From NCBI GenBank assembly GCA_036630325.1, contig CP142731.1, forward strand, positions 992,001 to 1,056,000: a stretch of 64,000 nucleotides of DNA, given 5' to 3'. Position 1 is the first letter of the stretch. Each line of letters opens with the position of its first letter. Source of the stretch: Vairimorpha necatrix (taxonomy: Eukaryota). Of this stretch, positions 45,981-58,379 are shown piece after piece. Under the pieces are notes generated by a model. That model was not told the origin of the DNA. It saw nothing but the letters and a program-made list of their open reading frames with translations, and made no database searches. A program made the translations under genes and the position numbers.

Positions 45981-47815
45981 TTCTATATAATAAATGCAAC
46001 GGTTTACGATGTGAATTAACCATATTCGATATTTCGGCTTTGGATCGTTTTTAGTCTTTGCCAACTCAAAAAAGATGTTTCTTAATTAGTAGTTATGGGT
46101 TTTCTTTCTTTTCTTACGAAAAAGAGGAAGAAAAACACAAATTTTTATGGCACTATAACGATTCAACTCTTGTTAAAGAATGAAAATTTTTGAAAATACT
46201 TACGAATTATTCTAGTTGTCTTGAAAGCGGGTCTGCATATGCATTTCCACATAGCAATTGTAACTAAAGATTTTATATTAATTAATTGATTATTGAAATT
46301 TTTTGCGAAAAGCTTGTTCCATTGGCAGTATTCTAATTTTTAATACATAATTAGTTGACAATAGTGAACTTGTGTAATAATAATACAAACAAATAGGGAT
46401 TTTTTGATATTGCTAGTGTAAAAAAAAAATCTTTAATATACAGCTCGAGTTGTTGCTCTAAAAAATAATAATAATTTTTTAGCATTAAATTTCTAGAATC
46501 GTAATTATGCCTATTTATTGCGATAGTTCGTGTAAATTGTTATGCGAAATTAACCGTATAAACAGAGGCAGGCACGATAATTTCGTGCCTTAAAAGTATT
46601 TGTTCTTCATATCTGGAGATATTTAATTATTAAAATTTACTAGAGACTGCTTAGAATAACTTTTGAAGGACAAAAAGGATTTAAATTCCGTCGGAACAAA
46701 AAAAAACATTCTAATTAAAAGTTTATTAAAAATAAAAAAGAACAAACCTAGGTATCTTTGCATACGATAAAAAAACGCAATCTTTCCTTGTAAAATAGTA
46801 TGTTTATCTATACCCCCTTTTCTCCATTACAATCTTTGGTATGTTGCCCCTGCGACGTACATATAATGATAAAAGACATGTATGTATTAATTTCATTTAA
46901 ATTAAAAGAAAATGCAAAAACAAGAAACCCGCTCCTGGATAATATAATGTATACTATTTCAAAAAAATTTATCGTAACATCACAAATGAAATTATTAGTA
47001 GAAATATTCTGCATGATTTCAGCGCTCGGGTTAATGTCCTTTTTATGGTTTTTATTATTAATACCGTAATCCTTTTATTTTTTTCTTACAATACATAAAG
47101 ATTTATTGATTTCACGCACTGTCATTACTTACCCGAATAGATTCGTAAATTTTATTCTATCTGTTTGGTTTTTAATGCCTCTTTTTTGGACATAATATTG
47201 TTCTTTCGTTTGAATAGCAAAATTGTTAGAAATAACTGTCTAGAATTTACTAAATTTAATGTAAAAATTGTTACCCAATTCATTTAAAATTTAAAAAACT
47301 TTTGCGCAAAAAAATCTTAATTTTTTTTGAACTGTGTTTCATTTTATTTTTTTACATTTCTTTTACAATATGTTTACTTGTTTCTATATTAATATCGTTT
47401 ATCAGTGACTCAAAGTTTTTTTTTGATTTTTCACTATTAGGCCAAAAGTATGCCCATGTTATTCTTTTAATGTCATTATAAACTACCCCATTGGAAGATC
47501 AATCTTCGATTATATGTTTGTCGCTTTTGTTTATCTGAATCAGATTTTTATCTTCATCTTTTAGCTAGTTAGAAATCCATTTTTTTGTCTTTTATTAGTT
47601 AAAACTTAGATTATCAATTAAGTATTTTTTTCAAAGATTAAAATAGTTAAGTATTCATTTTGATCATAAAATTGAGTCTTGACTTTTAAATATGTGGTCG
47701 TATTATTAATATATATAAACAAATAAATATATTATGTTACTTTTTAAACTTATATAAATTACATTAAATAAAAAATTATAGTAAAAATTTTTAAGTAGTT
47801 ATATTAACAGTCTAT

Positions 47816-48406
47816 TTATTTCTTAAATGAGAATATATTATTCGCATTCCTAGATTCTAAATGTGTTTCATTTGTCTCTACATTCTCATATAATGATGCC
47901 AAATTCCCATCAAATACTGATGTTATATTAGATTTACTAATCATCTCTGTAACACCAATATTCTCTAGAAATCCTTGTTGTGACATAAATCCATCAGAAT
48001 TCATTTTACTACATGTTCTACTAGACAATCTCTTAGCTCTATATCCTTGTTTATGTGTAGCAAATTCATAATTAATTTTCCAATAAGATCCTTTACCAGG
48101 ATTCCCCATTCCTCTTGGAACTTTATAAAATGCTTTATTTAGACTTAAATTGTGTCTAATACTATTTTGCCATCCTGTTTTATTCATATTGAAATATGGA
48201 TAATGATGTGATATGTAATAATAAATTTCTTTGAGAGTTAACATTCCAAGCTCAGATCTTTCTAATGCTTCGCTGATAAGTTCGGCGTAGCTGATGCTGG
48301 GTTTTCTTTGAGATCTTATTTGTGTAGGTTTGGGTAATCTCGTGGGTGTGGAATAGATGTCTAGGAAGTTTGTGTCAGTACTTTCCCCCTCGTCCTTGAA
48401 AAACAT
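47816..48406 (-). CDS. Forkhead (winged-helix) transcription factor
   Basis: KPSISYAELISEAL...LTLKEIY...GWQNSIRHNLSLNKAFYKVPR...PGKGSYW; first ATG at 48406. Confidence 0.93.
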   Translation of the reverse strand: MFFKDEGESTDTNFLDIYSTPTRLPKPTQIRSQRKPSISYAELISEALERSELGMLTLKEIYYYISHHYPYFNMNKTGWQNSIRHNLSLNKAFYKVPRGMGNPGKGSYWKINYEFATHKQGYRAKRLSSRTCSKMNSDGFMSQQGFLENIGVTEMISKSNITSVFDGNLASLYENVETNETHLESRNANNIFSFKK

Positions 48407-48714
48407 GTAAACAAAGAAATAAATCTTTTTAATGTTAGATGTTTTGATTAAACACACTTTGTTTGTTATACAAACAAAGTGTAAATGAAAACTATAAATA
48501 TAAAAAATTTAGCATAAATTTATTAGTAGTTAATTTAAATGTTAAATTTAAAAAAGAGTTATGCAAATATAAAGGACATTTAAAAGTGATAGAATTGTCA
48601 GATGAGATTATTTTTAACTCTACTAGAAGAGAAAAGTACACGCAACAATTTAACCTTAAAAATGTTTATAAAGATTATTGTATGAAAAAAAACTGTATAA
48701 ATAAGCATAGTCTT

Positions 48715-48985
48715 ATTTTATTTATGCTAAAATTATATATAAATAGCATGAAAAATATTATGTAAATAAGCATGGTTTTATTTATGCTAATAATATGTAT
48801 AAATAGAATAATAAAGATAGAATTTAGCGTGGTCTAATTTTATTCATGCTTAAATTGAATATAAAAAAAGTATAGCATATTAATATGATATAAATTAATC
48901 AAGACTCTATTCTATTTATGCTAATATTATAAAATAGAAGTACTATATAAATATGCATAGATTTATTAATTTATGCTAATATTAA
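48715..48985. repeat. Degenerate ~60-bp tandem repeat with an ATTTATGCTAA core, about 5 copies
   Basis: tttatgctaa at about 48721, 48781, 48915 and 48970, plus the variant ttcatgctta near 48843. Confidence 0.6.
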
Positions 48986-49000
48986 ATAACCAAACAAATA

Positions 49001-49160
49001 AAGAATTATGATCTTCTTGCAATACTATTTAAATCTCAAGATAATTATAAGTCGATGAATGTTGACATGAGATGGAGTGGTGACCAAATATCATAGAAAG
49101 TACATCAAATAAGACGGAGTATACATTTAGTCTATTGTGCCGCGAAGACTAAATTACTAC
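49001..49160 (+). mobile_element. 3' fragment of an RLE-type LINE
   Basis: Translates to KNYDLLAN and T*DGVVTKYHRKY, matching KYDLLAN and TWDGIVTNFHR of the element at 26748..30231. Confidence 0.65.
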
Positions 49161-49316
49161 CAGGAGAATATTGGCCATGGAAGTGGACTGGCCAGGATAC
49201 ACTGCTAAAAGCTGAAGATAAATACATATATAAGAGAAGATATACATATATTATAGATAGGCATAAACAAAATAAGATATTATGTTATAAATATAAGGGT
49301 TCACTTAATTCTTTAA

Positions 49317-50444
49317 TTAGAAGCATTTTCTGTGGACAATAAATGGTCCATGTTCTTGATAATCTTGCTTAGATACCCACATTTCTTGGAATGTAGAAAG
49401 AGATGCCACAATAGATCCCCCTATCCAGACACTGTACTTCCTCTCAGCAGGAGATACGACATTAATCTTCACTGAGCTTGGCGCCAAGTTTCTAATTTCT
49501 TTATCAAGTCTCACATTTATTCCCGGGAATAAGGTCGACCCTCCACTTAGTACGATATTAGCGTATAAATCTTTCCTGATGTCTACGTCACAGGCCTTTA
49601 TAGAGTCGAATATGGTGTCATGAATGCTCATTATTTCGTATCCTCTTAGATGAGGCTTGAATAATAATTCTGGGGCTCTGAATCTTTCATTTCCTATAGA
49701 AATTATCTGTCCATCAGGCATCTCATAATTCTTAGTTATACTTGACAAGAGACTATTGTTCTTTACATCTTCCTCGTAGTCAGCAGAGACATAGCACAAT
49801 TTCTCTTTTATATCTCTGACTATCTCCTTCTCTGCAGTAGTACTGAAGTTATTTCCTCTTTCTGTGAGGATTACTTGTAAATATTCAGTCAAGTCTCTTC
49901 CCGCTAGATTGAGTCTTCTTATGGCCATAGGCAAGGAATACCCTTCGTAAATTGGCACTACATGGGATACACCATCACCAGAGTCAAATACAATACCAGT
50001 AGTCCTTCCACTAGCGTATAATGAAAGTACTGCTTGTATAGAAATATAGAAATGAGGAGCATTAAATGTCTCAAACATGATTTGAGTCATTTTCTCTCTG
50101 TTCTGGTTAGGATTCAAAGGTGCTTCAGTAAGAAGAATAGGATGTTCTTCGGGGGCGACTCTGAGTTCATTGTAAAAAGTATGATGCCAGATCTTCTCCA
50201 TATTATCCCAGTTTGTTACAATACCATGACTGATAGGGTACTGAATTTCTAAGACTCCTCTTTTAGACTGGGCTTCATCTCCTACATAGGCGTCTTTCTG
50301 GCCCATTCCTACCATGACACCTTTGTGTCTTGGTACTCCTACTATACTAGGGAATACTGCTCTTGGGGCGTCATCACCGGCAAATCCTCCTTTTAACATT
50401 CCTGATCCATTATCAATAACAAGAGCTTGAGCGATCTTCTCCAT
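49317..50444 (-). CDS. ACT1: Actin
   Basis: [52 protein letters not shown] 50444 after CCCC gives 375 aa. Confidence 0.99.
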   Translation of the reverse strand: MEKIAQALVIDNGSGMLKGGFAGDDAPRAVFPSIVGVPRHKGVMVGMGQKDAYVGDEAQSKRGVLEIQYPISHGIVTNWDNMEKIWHHTFYNELRVAPEEHPILLTEAPLNPNQNREKMTQIMFETFNAPHFYISIQAVLSLYASGRTTGIVFDSGDGVSHVVPIYEGYSLPMAIRRLNLAGRDLTEYLQVILTERGNNFSTTAEKEIVRDIKEKLCYVSADYEEDVKNNSLLSSITKNYEMPDGQIISIGNERFRAPELLFKPHLRGYEIMSIHDTIFDSIKACDVDIRKDLYANIVLSGGSTLFPGINVRLDKEIRNLAPSSVKINVVSPAERKYSVWIGGSIVASLSTFQEMWVSKQDYQEHGPFIVHRKCF

Positions 50445-53400
50445 TTGGGGCAAAAAAAATGGCCTTTTTATTTAGAAAAAAAATAATAAACAAGAAAAAA
50501 GGCGGGAAAATGGAGAGAAAAAAAGACAAAATTATAAAATCAAAGAAACATAAATTTAAGAGAAAATTATGAGACGAAAGTTTTTTTGACATGTTAAAAA
50601 ATCTTCCTCTGTCTAGTTTTTACAAATGAATTTTTATATAACTCCTAGTGCTTTATAATGCCATTTTCTAGTATTTTCAAATAGCTCTGTTTCATTTTTT
50701 TTCAAATGACATTTGTCTTTTGTTCGTAAATTTTTAGTAATTGATCATATGAGAATTTTTTATTTACTGACTAAAAGTCAAGAATGTTTTGTTTTATGAC
50801 TAATTTGTTATTAATACAACTAATTATAAATAAAAAGAAAGAAGTTTTTTGATAGGTCAGGAAGAAATATAAATATCCTATAGGCATTTTATTAAGATTC
50901 TGAATATTCAAAGTTGTTTCTGACAAAAGACTCCTAAATATAAATATGGATCATAGATTATTATAAAGAACCCCCGAGCTATGGGAAATATTGTAAGATA
51001 ATTGATACAAAAATGTTTAGTCTTTGGATTATTACAGAAAAATCTAGATGGGGAGGTAATTATTTGTAATATTATATTCTTTATTATCTAAATAATAAAT
51101 CTATACTAAAAAGATGATTTAAATACTGCCATAAAGAACTTTACAAGTCTATAAATTTATAATAGATTAAAACATCAAATAGACACATTTTTATTTGATA
51201 ATTAAAAGTCGAATATTCAAAAGAGACTTGGATATGGACAAGTAGATCTATCTTATGTTAAAATGTCATAAAATATGGACTTGGTTTATTGTCAGACTTA
51301 TAAGGTGAAAAACATCAAAGACTGGACGAGTTTATATAAACATACATTTTACATAATAGAGTAAGAAGAGCTACAATAAAATAGCACTGTGAAAGGAATA
51401 TTTCGAGCTGTTTAAAGAGACTAGACGAACACAATTACAAATCAAAATTAAAAAATAAAATGTATTTGAAAAAGATACGACAACTTGATAAAGCTTTAGA
51501 TAAGCGAATAAAATTGTAAGAATGGATATTATGTGTCTTCTATGCTGGACTACACAGTAGTTCCACAACTAACATGTTGTGTAAAGATTGAGGTAAATGT
51601 TATCCATAACAAAACTTTTGGGATGATAGAAGTCTTTATAAAACAAGAGAAGACGATTTATTAACTCTAGTAGAAACAAAATCTTCATTACTGTGACTCA
51701 GATCTACTTCATTAAAGTAGAAAAAATAAATTAGAACATAAATAGGTATTTAAATCAAAACACTAAAAAGATATGAGAGAGCATTTTCTTGAGAATTATA
51801 AAGGAGACCGGAGAGGATACCACCATGCTAGACAATAAAATCTTCCTTACTGAGATAGGGCATAAGGATAAGCTGCAATTGCGATATAGAATCGGAGTTA
51901 TAAATATACACATCAAACCATGAATAGAAGTCTGGAACCATGATCTACATTTGTTAAATCAAGATACTATGTATTATCTTTATGAATAAGCTTTATACAT
52001 GACACTTTTATTATTGATGCCTAGAAAACTTTGCACAAAAAAACCAAGGTAACAATTTACATAAAACGCTTGAAGATTGAAGAAAGATTACTCACGATAA
52101 AGTTTAGTGGGTCGAGATTGCTTGTATTCAAGCCATATTTGTAAGCTAATTTCTATGATAACAAACTAAAAAAAAAAATAGATGAGATAAAACACTCAGA
52201 ATTGATTAAAATGAGATTTAATTTCGCGAACATGTATTGTAAACATTCTAAAAATGATAATGTCCCTGTGATCTTGAATTTAAGGAAAGTTTATCTTACA
52301 GCAATGAAAAGTAATATTTGATTTGAGTCTTGTCCATTAATGTTAAGATAGGTAAAAAAATATTTTAAAAACAAATATAAAAATTTTCTAATATCTATAG
52401 CGGATATAAATGGAGAAATCGATCATAGACTGAAAATTCTATATAATTCAACAGGCCACGGTGTCCAAATAAAGAAAGAATGATTGTCATACCTACTTGA
52501 CTGAGGCTTATATTTAGTTGGCATTTTAAAGAAAATATTTCGAGAAGATATTATGGAATTAAAAAGGCGCGTTTGTTTTATGGAAAATAGCAACGTATGC
52601 GAAGAAATACAATACTAGGGAAGTATGTTATATAAGAAGAACTATTTTTTTTGAAGATTGCACAATTTATTTTATTTACATAGTTGATTTAAATACAAAA
52701 AAGTTTGAAAACTTAACATATATTTGCTCCCATATATAGCCTGTGTTCCTTCAAATTTAAAACGGTTCTGTATTTTATGCTCTTAATAAGCTGTAAAAGT
52801 ACTTGTTTTTTATTAAATATATTCCAAATTAAAAGCAATTTAATTTTCAACCATCATCATAGGAGTAAACTCATAGATAAAACATATGTTGTTTTTAAAA
52901 TATACATTTTAACCTCTATATTAACGTATGAAATAAAAAGAATTGAAATAAAAGTATTTGAAACTAATGTTGACATAAATATGAGCAAATCATTAAAAAA
53001 AGTTGATTTTTTTCTCGGTATTTCTAAACTACTTAAAATTGGTCGTATTGGTTTGTAGAGTTTAAAAAAATCTTTAATAATGTAAAGCACAAAAAATATC
53101 AAAAATTTACTTTATTATTACTTAATATGATTTTTTTATTATGAATTTATGCATATTATATAGTTCTTAAAAAGATATTATCAGGGTTTTAATGTCAAAA
53201 AAAAACATTAATGATTGATCTATAATGAGAATTCTTTATATAAGTTCAACTAATAATATGTAAAAGATGTAGAACTCTGGGCCGTTTTAATTGCAGTATA
53301 TCTTATGATTTTTTTAAAATAATATTTAATAACAATATAGCAGTTTAGTTTTACACTTGTAATGTAATAAACTATGATTCTTTTTTACTAATCGAACAAA

Positions 53401-53639
53401 GCAACAATTGAAGACAATTTCATATGGATTTGTTGTTGCCTTTTAAAGATACATTTTTATGTTTATTAATATCAAAAATTTAATATTTAAAAAAAAAATT
53501 CTTATTTAAATAATTAATAGAGACCTGCTTCTTAGTTATATTATTTTAAATTGTTTATATGTAATTTTTTTAATTTGTTTGTATATATACGTCATCAGTT
53601 AAACTTAAAAAAACATACCTCTAAAAAAAACAATATAAA

Positions 53640-54140
53640 ATGAGAATATTTTTTTATTTCGCCGTTTTCTTTTGTTCAACACCTCTCAATTCACCATTCT
53701 TCAAAAAAAGAAATGGTATTCACTACGCGGAATTACCATTTTCCCGTACTGTCGATCTCAAAAGTTACGAAATCATGGTAGGAAAACTAGACGCCAAAGA
53801 AAATGACTACATATCTGTCGATAAAAGACGAGACCAATCAGGAATGCGTGATGGTGTTCGTGTAAAACTTGACTCTGTCAAAAATAAAAATAATAAACAA
53901 TTGTATTCTATTTGTATAGAAGAAATGTTAAATAAAAAAGCTAAAAAATGGTATTCTGAACCATTTAGATTTGATAGTAGAAACAAACGATGGGTACTTG
54001 ATAGAGTTTATGAAGAAGATCCTTGGTATGTTGAGTATCAAGGATATGTTATTGGTGCTTCTGTACTTGCAGGTTTGGGATTGATAGCTATGATTATAAA
54101 GAGATATATTAGAAACAAAAATGAAGAAGAATATTTGTAA
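53640..54140 (+). CDS. Small type I membrane protein (signal peptide plus C-terminal TM)
   Basis: MRIFFYFAVFFC; TM YVIGASVLAGLGLIAMII. Confidence 0.8.
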   Translation: MRIFFYFAVFFCSTPLNSPFFKKRNGIHYAELPFSRTVDLKSYEIMVGKLDAKENDYISVDKRRDQSGMRDGVRVKLDSVKNKNNKQLYSICIEEMLNKKAKKWYSEPFRFDSRNKRWVLDRVYEEDPWYVEYQGYVIGASVLAGLGLIAMIIKRYIRNKNEEEYL

Positions 54141-54307
54141 ATAAAAAAATTTTCTAAAAATTAATATAAAAAATTAATTGTTTTAAGGTAAATTGTGACA
54201 CTTTTTGATGTGATTATTACATTTTCGAACTTCAAGATATTTTTTAATACAATGTTTCAGACTGTAACAATACAAACATAAACGAATTGTATAAACTAAG
54301 TAATCAA

Positions 54308-55165
54308 ATGTACTTGCTGTTAACACTCATAATCCACATTTCAGCTAGTGGACAATACGGTACTAATAACACGACTCCCTTTACAGAAAGTGTAATTGAC
54401 GCATTGTGCAATGACCAGAAACAAAGAGAGTTAATACAATGCCAACCTTCTTATACTACGAATGTAAGACCGATAGCGTGGACTACCCCGCCTGTACAAA
54501 ATCAAAATATAGTACCTAGTAACACTACGCAATTTGTAAGTACACCTGTAAATCCTGTCCAAAATATCGCACCAATTCCCACAGCACCACCAGTTATACA
54601 ACCAGCATACGTACCAAGACCTGTTCCACCACAAAACACTACAGTTACTTTATCTTCCACTCCCATACCAAATCTCCATCTCACAGGAACAGGCGCAGGC
54701 GCGAAATTATCAGCTGTTTTAAGCGAAAATCCTCTTGCCAAAACTCAATTAATAAACTTTTTGGAGTATAACGGCGTACCTCCACCATGGGATCAACTAT
54801 TAGATTTCGAGACGACACAGCATCATCAACTCCCAGATCCAGATAATTTATTTAGAAAGATTCGTAAACAATTATTAACTTTTGAGAATGTAAAAACATG
54901 TATTGTTGAAGGATTAATAGTTGTTGAGAAGTATATTAATAGAGGAAAGGCGTATCTTGCTGAAGATCTGAAAGATCTTTGCCGAGATAAAACAGTTTTA
55001 AAAAATATATTGAAGAGATTAAAGACGAAACCAGCTTATGAATTTAGAAGTGAATTGTTTAAAAGATATGCAGAAGTTAAAAGTAGAAGTTTTGCTACAC
55101 AAAAATCTTTCTACAAGCTACGTGATTGGTTGATGAAGATTAAGAGATTATTCGCTACTTTGTGA
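54308..55165 (+). CDS. Secreted protein with a Pro/Thr-rich linker and basic helical C-terminus (candidate spore wall/polar tube protein)
   Basis: First ATG 54308; signal MYLLLTLIIHISAS; TTPPVQ...PIPTAPPVIQP. Confidence 0.75.
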   Translation: MYLLLTLIIHISASGQYGTNNTTPFTESVIDALCNDQKQRELIQCQPSYTTNVRPIAWTTPPVQNQNIVPSNTTQFVSTPVNPVQNIAPIPTAPPVIQPAYVPRPVPPQNTTVTLSSTPIPNLHLTGTGAGAKLSAVLSENPLAKTQLINFLEYNGVPPPWDQLLDFETTQHHQLPDPDNLFRKIRKQLLTFENVKTCIVEGLIVVEKYINRGKAYLAEDLKDLCRDKTVLKNILKRLKTKPAYEFRSELFKRYAEVKSRSFATQKSFYKLRDWLMKIKRLFATL

Positions 55166-55343
55166 ATAAAATGACAACTTTTAATATGAAAAACTACACA
55201 AAATAAATGAAAACTATTTATTAAAATAAAGATTATTATTGACAAAATATTTATTAAGTTTCTTTAGATTTACAATTATTCAAAAATGCTTTATACTTGT
55301 GCTTTGAAAAGTTTCATTGTTTTTGGTGTCGCCCTTTTTAAAA

Positions 55344-55751
55344 ATGAAAGACCATGGCTATGAATTTATTAAAGATCCAGAGACAGATGAATACATCCCA
55401 GAAGTGGAAAAATATGTCGATCTCATAAAAAATGTAGACAATTTAAGATCCAAAAGAGAATCCATAATAAATAGACATTTTTATGAATTATATAATTACA
55501 ACATAGATAAACTTGAAGATCGAGATGGTCGTATTTCAAGAATAATAGGGAAAACTTTTACTTATCCAAATTCATTTTTGGCAAGTTCGCTGGGATTTAA
55601 CCGAACTACATGGGCAAAAAAATACGAAGAAATTTTAGGCAAATTTGACTTATCGAAGAAACTTCAGTACCAAACATTAAGAAATATGGTGTTATTTGAG
55701 AAATTAAAATTATTAATTATCAAATATAATGATATTCAAAGAAAAGAATAA
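55344..55751 (+). CDS. Hypothetical protein
   Basis: ATG 55344 after a CCC motif (ccctttttaaaa); 135 aa. Confidence 0.65.
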   Translation: MKDHGYEFIKDPETDEYIPEVEKYVDLIKNVDNLRSKRESIINRHFYELYNYNIDKLEDRDGRISRIIGKTFTYPNSFLASSLGFNRTTWAKKYEEILGKFDLSKKLQYQTLRNMVLFEKLKLLIIKYNDIQRKE

Positions 55752-55856
55752 TTTTATATATTAAAAATAACGGTATTAATTTTTAAATTAAAAATAAATG
55801 AAATTTGTTTGATGTTTATTATTTTAATATAAATGTTGTTTTTTATACCCTTGTTT

Positions 55857-56693
55857 ATGAATAAGAAGAAAGACATTGTTTACCAGAAAAAAGATCCGAT
55901 TTATCAGGAAATTGTAGAAACTTGTTCTAATAGTATTAAAGACAGTAATAAAAAAATATATTTAGAAAAAATTCTCAAATATTTATCGGACAATATCTCA
56001 CCAATGTTTATTTGGGAGCAAAATGGTATTTCTTTACTCATTTTACAGGAAATAATTGAACCTTATACAAGTTTACAATCTCTTTCTAAAGAAATGTCAG
56101 ATAATTTAGTGGTAGTCTTAAAAATTTTACATTTTTTAGTGGCGGACGACGAAATCAAAAGAGCTTTCGTAGACGCGAGACTTCATTTTTATTTGTTCAG
56201 ATACGTGGCACTTATCGACACAGGAGAAAATTATGAAATCTTAAGAATTTGGGTATTAAAAATTTTTAGCGTGCTTGTAACAGATCAATATGTCCAGACA
56301 AATATAAAAAATACAGAAATAATACCAATAATCTTGAAAAATATTGATTTAGGATCTAATGAAGTCAAATATCTTAGTGTCCAGACCTTTTATAATCTTA
56401 TTAGTGGCGAAGATGGGTTAAATTATGTAACTCAGACATTTGATAGATTTAGCGCAGTGAACCAAGTATTTAATTCTATTAGTAGACTTGTAGCTAAAAA
56501 CAAGTTGTTTAATATTTTAAAATTAATACTGAGTGTTTATATAAGATTGTGTAATAAAATACATATTAGACAATCATTGAATAATAGAGTACCGGAAAAT
56601 GTTGTAAATGAAGATATGAAGAAAATTGTGGAGGCGGATTCTTGTTGTAATGAATTGTATAATAATTTGTTGTGTTTAATAAACAAAAATTAA
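55857..56693 (+). CDS. CAF40: Rcd1/CAF40/CNOT9, CCR4-NOT subunit
   Basis: IWEQNGISLLILQEII, YEILRIWVLKIFSVLV, TEIIPIIL, GSNEVK, GLNYVTQTFDRF; ATG 55857 after CCC. Confidence 0.88.
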   Translation: MNKKKDIVYQKKDPIYQEIVETCSNSIKDSNKKIYLEKILKYLSDNISPMFIWEQNGISLLILQEIIEPYTSLQSLSKEMSDNLVVVLKILHFLVADDEIKRAFVDARLHFYLFRYVALIDTGENYEILRIWVLKIFSVLVTDQYVQTNIKNTEIIPIILKNIDLGSNEVKYLSVQTFYNLISGEDGLNYVTQTFDRFSAVNQVFNSISRLVAKNKLFNILKLILSVYIRLCNKIHIRQSLNNRVPENVVNEDMKKIVEADSCCNELYNNLLCLINKN

Positions 56694-56876
56694 TATTAAT
56701 AAAATACTGTCGATCTAAATTTTTGACATGTCAAATTTCTTTTTTTAACTGACAACGTGTCAAAATTAAATATACTTTTTAGAAAGATATGATGTCACAA
56801 CGCATGTTCTTTTTGCTTATAATTTTCTCTATAATTTTTTTTTTAATTTTTTAATATTTTTTTTCGACCGTTAAAA

Positions 56877-57743
56877 ATGAATAACGAACTTTCTAAATAT
56901 TCCAAAAATTCTGATGATGATCAGAAAAAAATCAGAAAAGACTACGCTGCATCAAGAAATATCTTAAATGTCTACACCAAAGAGCAATTAAGTAAAATTA
57001 GTAATATTGATTTATATTTAATGATGGATTTAGATAATTACAGAAATAAAGAAATTCCGCCATCTATTTTAGCACATGTAACAAGAGTTAAGAAGCGACA
57101 ATATCATCCAGATGTCTCTAAAGGAGCCAGAGAAGCTTTTTTACTAGTAGAACTTGCTAATAAAATTTTAGGAGATAAAAGATTGAGAAATATTTATGAC
57201 TCGTCTTTTTTCCACGTAGAAATGCCAGAAGATCGCATTTATCAAGCCGAAGAATTCAAAGAAGTTTTCGGTAAAATTTTTAAAGAATATTCCCGTTTTA
57301 CAAATAATGCTCCGTCTCTCGATGATGACGCTACTAAGTTTTATGATTTCTGGCGTAATTATAAATCAAATCGTGTTTACATACCAATAGATGAATATAT
57401 TAATTTAAGTCCTGATGATCGACTAAATTACACAAGACAGCATGCTGAATATTTGACTAAATTAAAAAATGAAGATATTAAAAAACTTAAAGAGATAGTA
57501 CAAATTTGTTATAAAAGAGATCCAAGATTAAGATCTATTAGTGATCAAATAAGAGATTTAAGGATAGAGAAAGAAAATGAGTGGTCAGTATTAGAAATTA
57601 ATACGTTAAAGAGGTTATTAATTTTATTTGGAAAGACAAAAAAAAATAAATTTGAAATTATAACTGACAAATTGATTAATACTAGTAAAATCAAAAGGAG
57701 TGTTAAAGAAGTGATCAAGAAAAGTGAAGAGTTAAAAAAATAA
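56877..57743 (+). CDS. ZUO1: Zuotin (ribosome-associated J-domain protein)
   Basis: J domain with YHPD; FYDFW and DPR zuotin motifs; C-terminal SANT-like EWS..E. Confidence 0.88.
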   Translation: MNNELSKYSKNSDDDQKKIRKDYAASRNILNVYTKEQLSKISNIDLYLMMDLDNYRNKEIPPSILAHVTRVKKRQYHPDVSKGAREAFLLVELANKILGDKRLRNIYDSSFFHVEMPEDRIYQAEEFKEVFGKIFKEYSRFTNNAPSLDDDATKFYDFWRNYKSNRVYIPIDEYINLSPDDRLNYTRQHAEYLTKLKNEDIKKLKEIVQICYKRDPRLRSISDQIRDLRIEKENEWSVLEINTLKRLLILFGKTKKNKFEIITDKLINTSKIKRSVKEVIKKSEELKK

Positions 57744-57905
57744 AAAAAAAATAAATTTTTTCAAAATATTTCTAATTAGTTTTAAAAAATTTAAAAATAT
57801 TTCTACTTAGTCTATAAGAAATTTAGATAAATTTTTATTTAGTATATAAGAAATTTAGATAAATTTTTAAAAATCTCATGTTTTTATTTCTATTTTGTTT
57901 TTTTT

Positions 57906-58379
57906 CTATTGTATTCTAAAGAGATACGATTTGGGATGACCAAATTCACAAAGTGGTCCTTTAATACAAAACCCTAAGAAATAATTATAACACATTTTCT
58001 TTCTAACATGTCGATTTTTACATAAAGATCCATGTCTACAGAATCCTCTGTTGTACCAAGAACATTCTTTTCTTTTATTCACAGAGTGAAGATAAAAACA
58101 CTCTGGATTTGTACACTCGCCAAGTTTACCAAAGAAGTAGCACTGGGGCATTTTCTTAAGATCGTATTCGTGAATAAATTCACATTTCTTTCCTTTTTTA
58201 CACAGTCCCCTGAGCCAGTGCTTACAAATCACAGATGTGGCTAATTTAATGTGTTGCTTGTCACAGTTGGGATTGTAACATGAATTTGTCTGGTATGCGT
58301 CACAGTAGATGTCTTCTTCTTCTTTAAGACCAAGTTGGTTCTCAACATAATCTTCGAAATCAAATTTAAGATTATTCAT
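57906..58379 (-). CDS. YTH1: CPSF30/YTH1 CCCH zinc-finger polyadenylation factor
   Basis: VICKHWLRGLCKKG..CEFIHEYDLKKMPQC, CSWYNRGFCRHG..C..RH, CYNYFLGFC..GP.C..GHP. Confidence 0.95.
   Translation of the reverse strand: MNNLKFDFEDYVENQLGLKEEEDIYCDAYQTNSCYNPNCDKQHIKLATSVICKHWLRGLCKKGKKCEFIHEYDLKKMPQCYFFGKLGECTNPECFYLHSVNKRKECSWYNRGFCRHGSLCKNRHVRKKMCYNYFLGFCIKGPLCEFGHPKSYLFRIQ

Noticed and set aside
46800-47069. Short AT-rich ORFs (also 6114, 48463, 52777, 52857)
   Set aside because: No recognisable motifs and composition like intergenic DNA; left uncalled
50850-52500. Highly decayed LINE or other retroelement remnant
   Set aside because: Only vague fragments (YKY-like, RWGG, CLLC); not enough to call without a tBLASTn search
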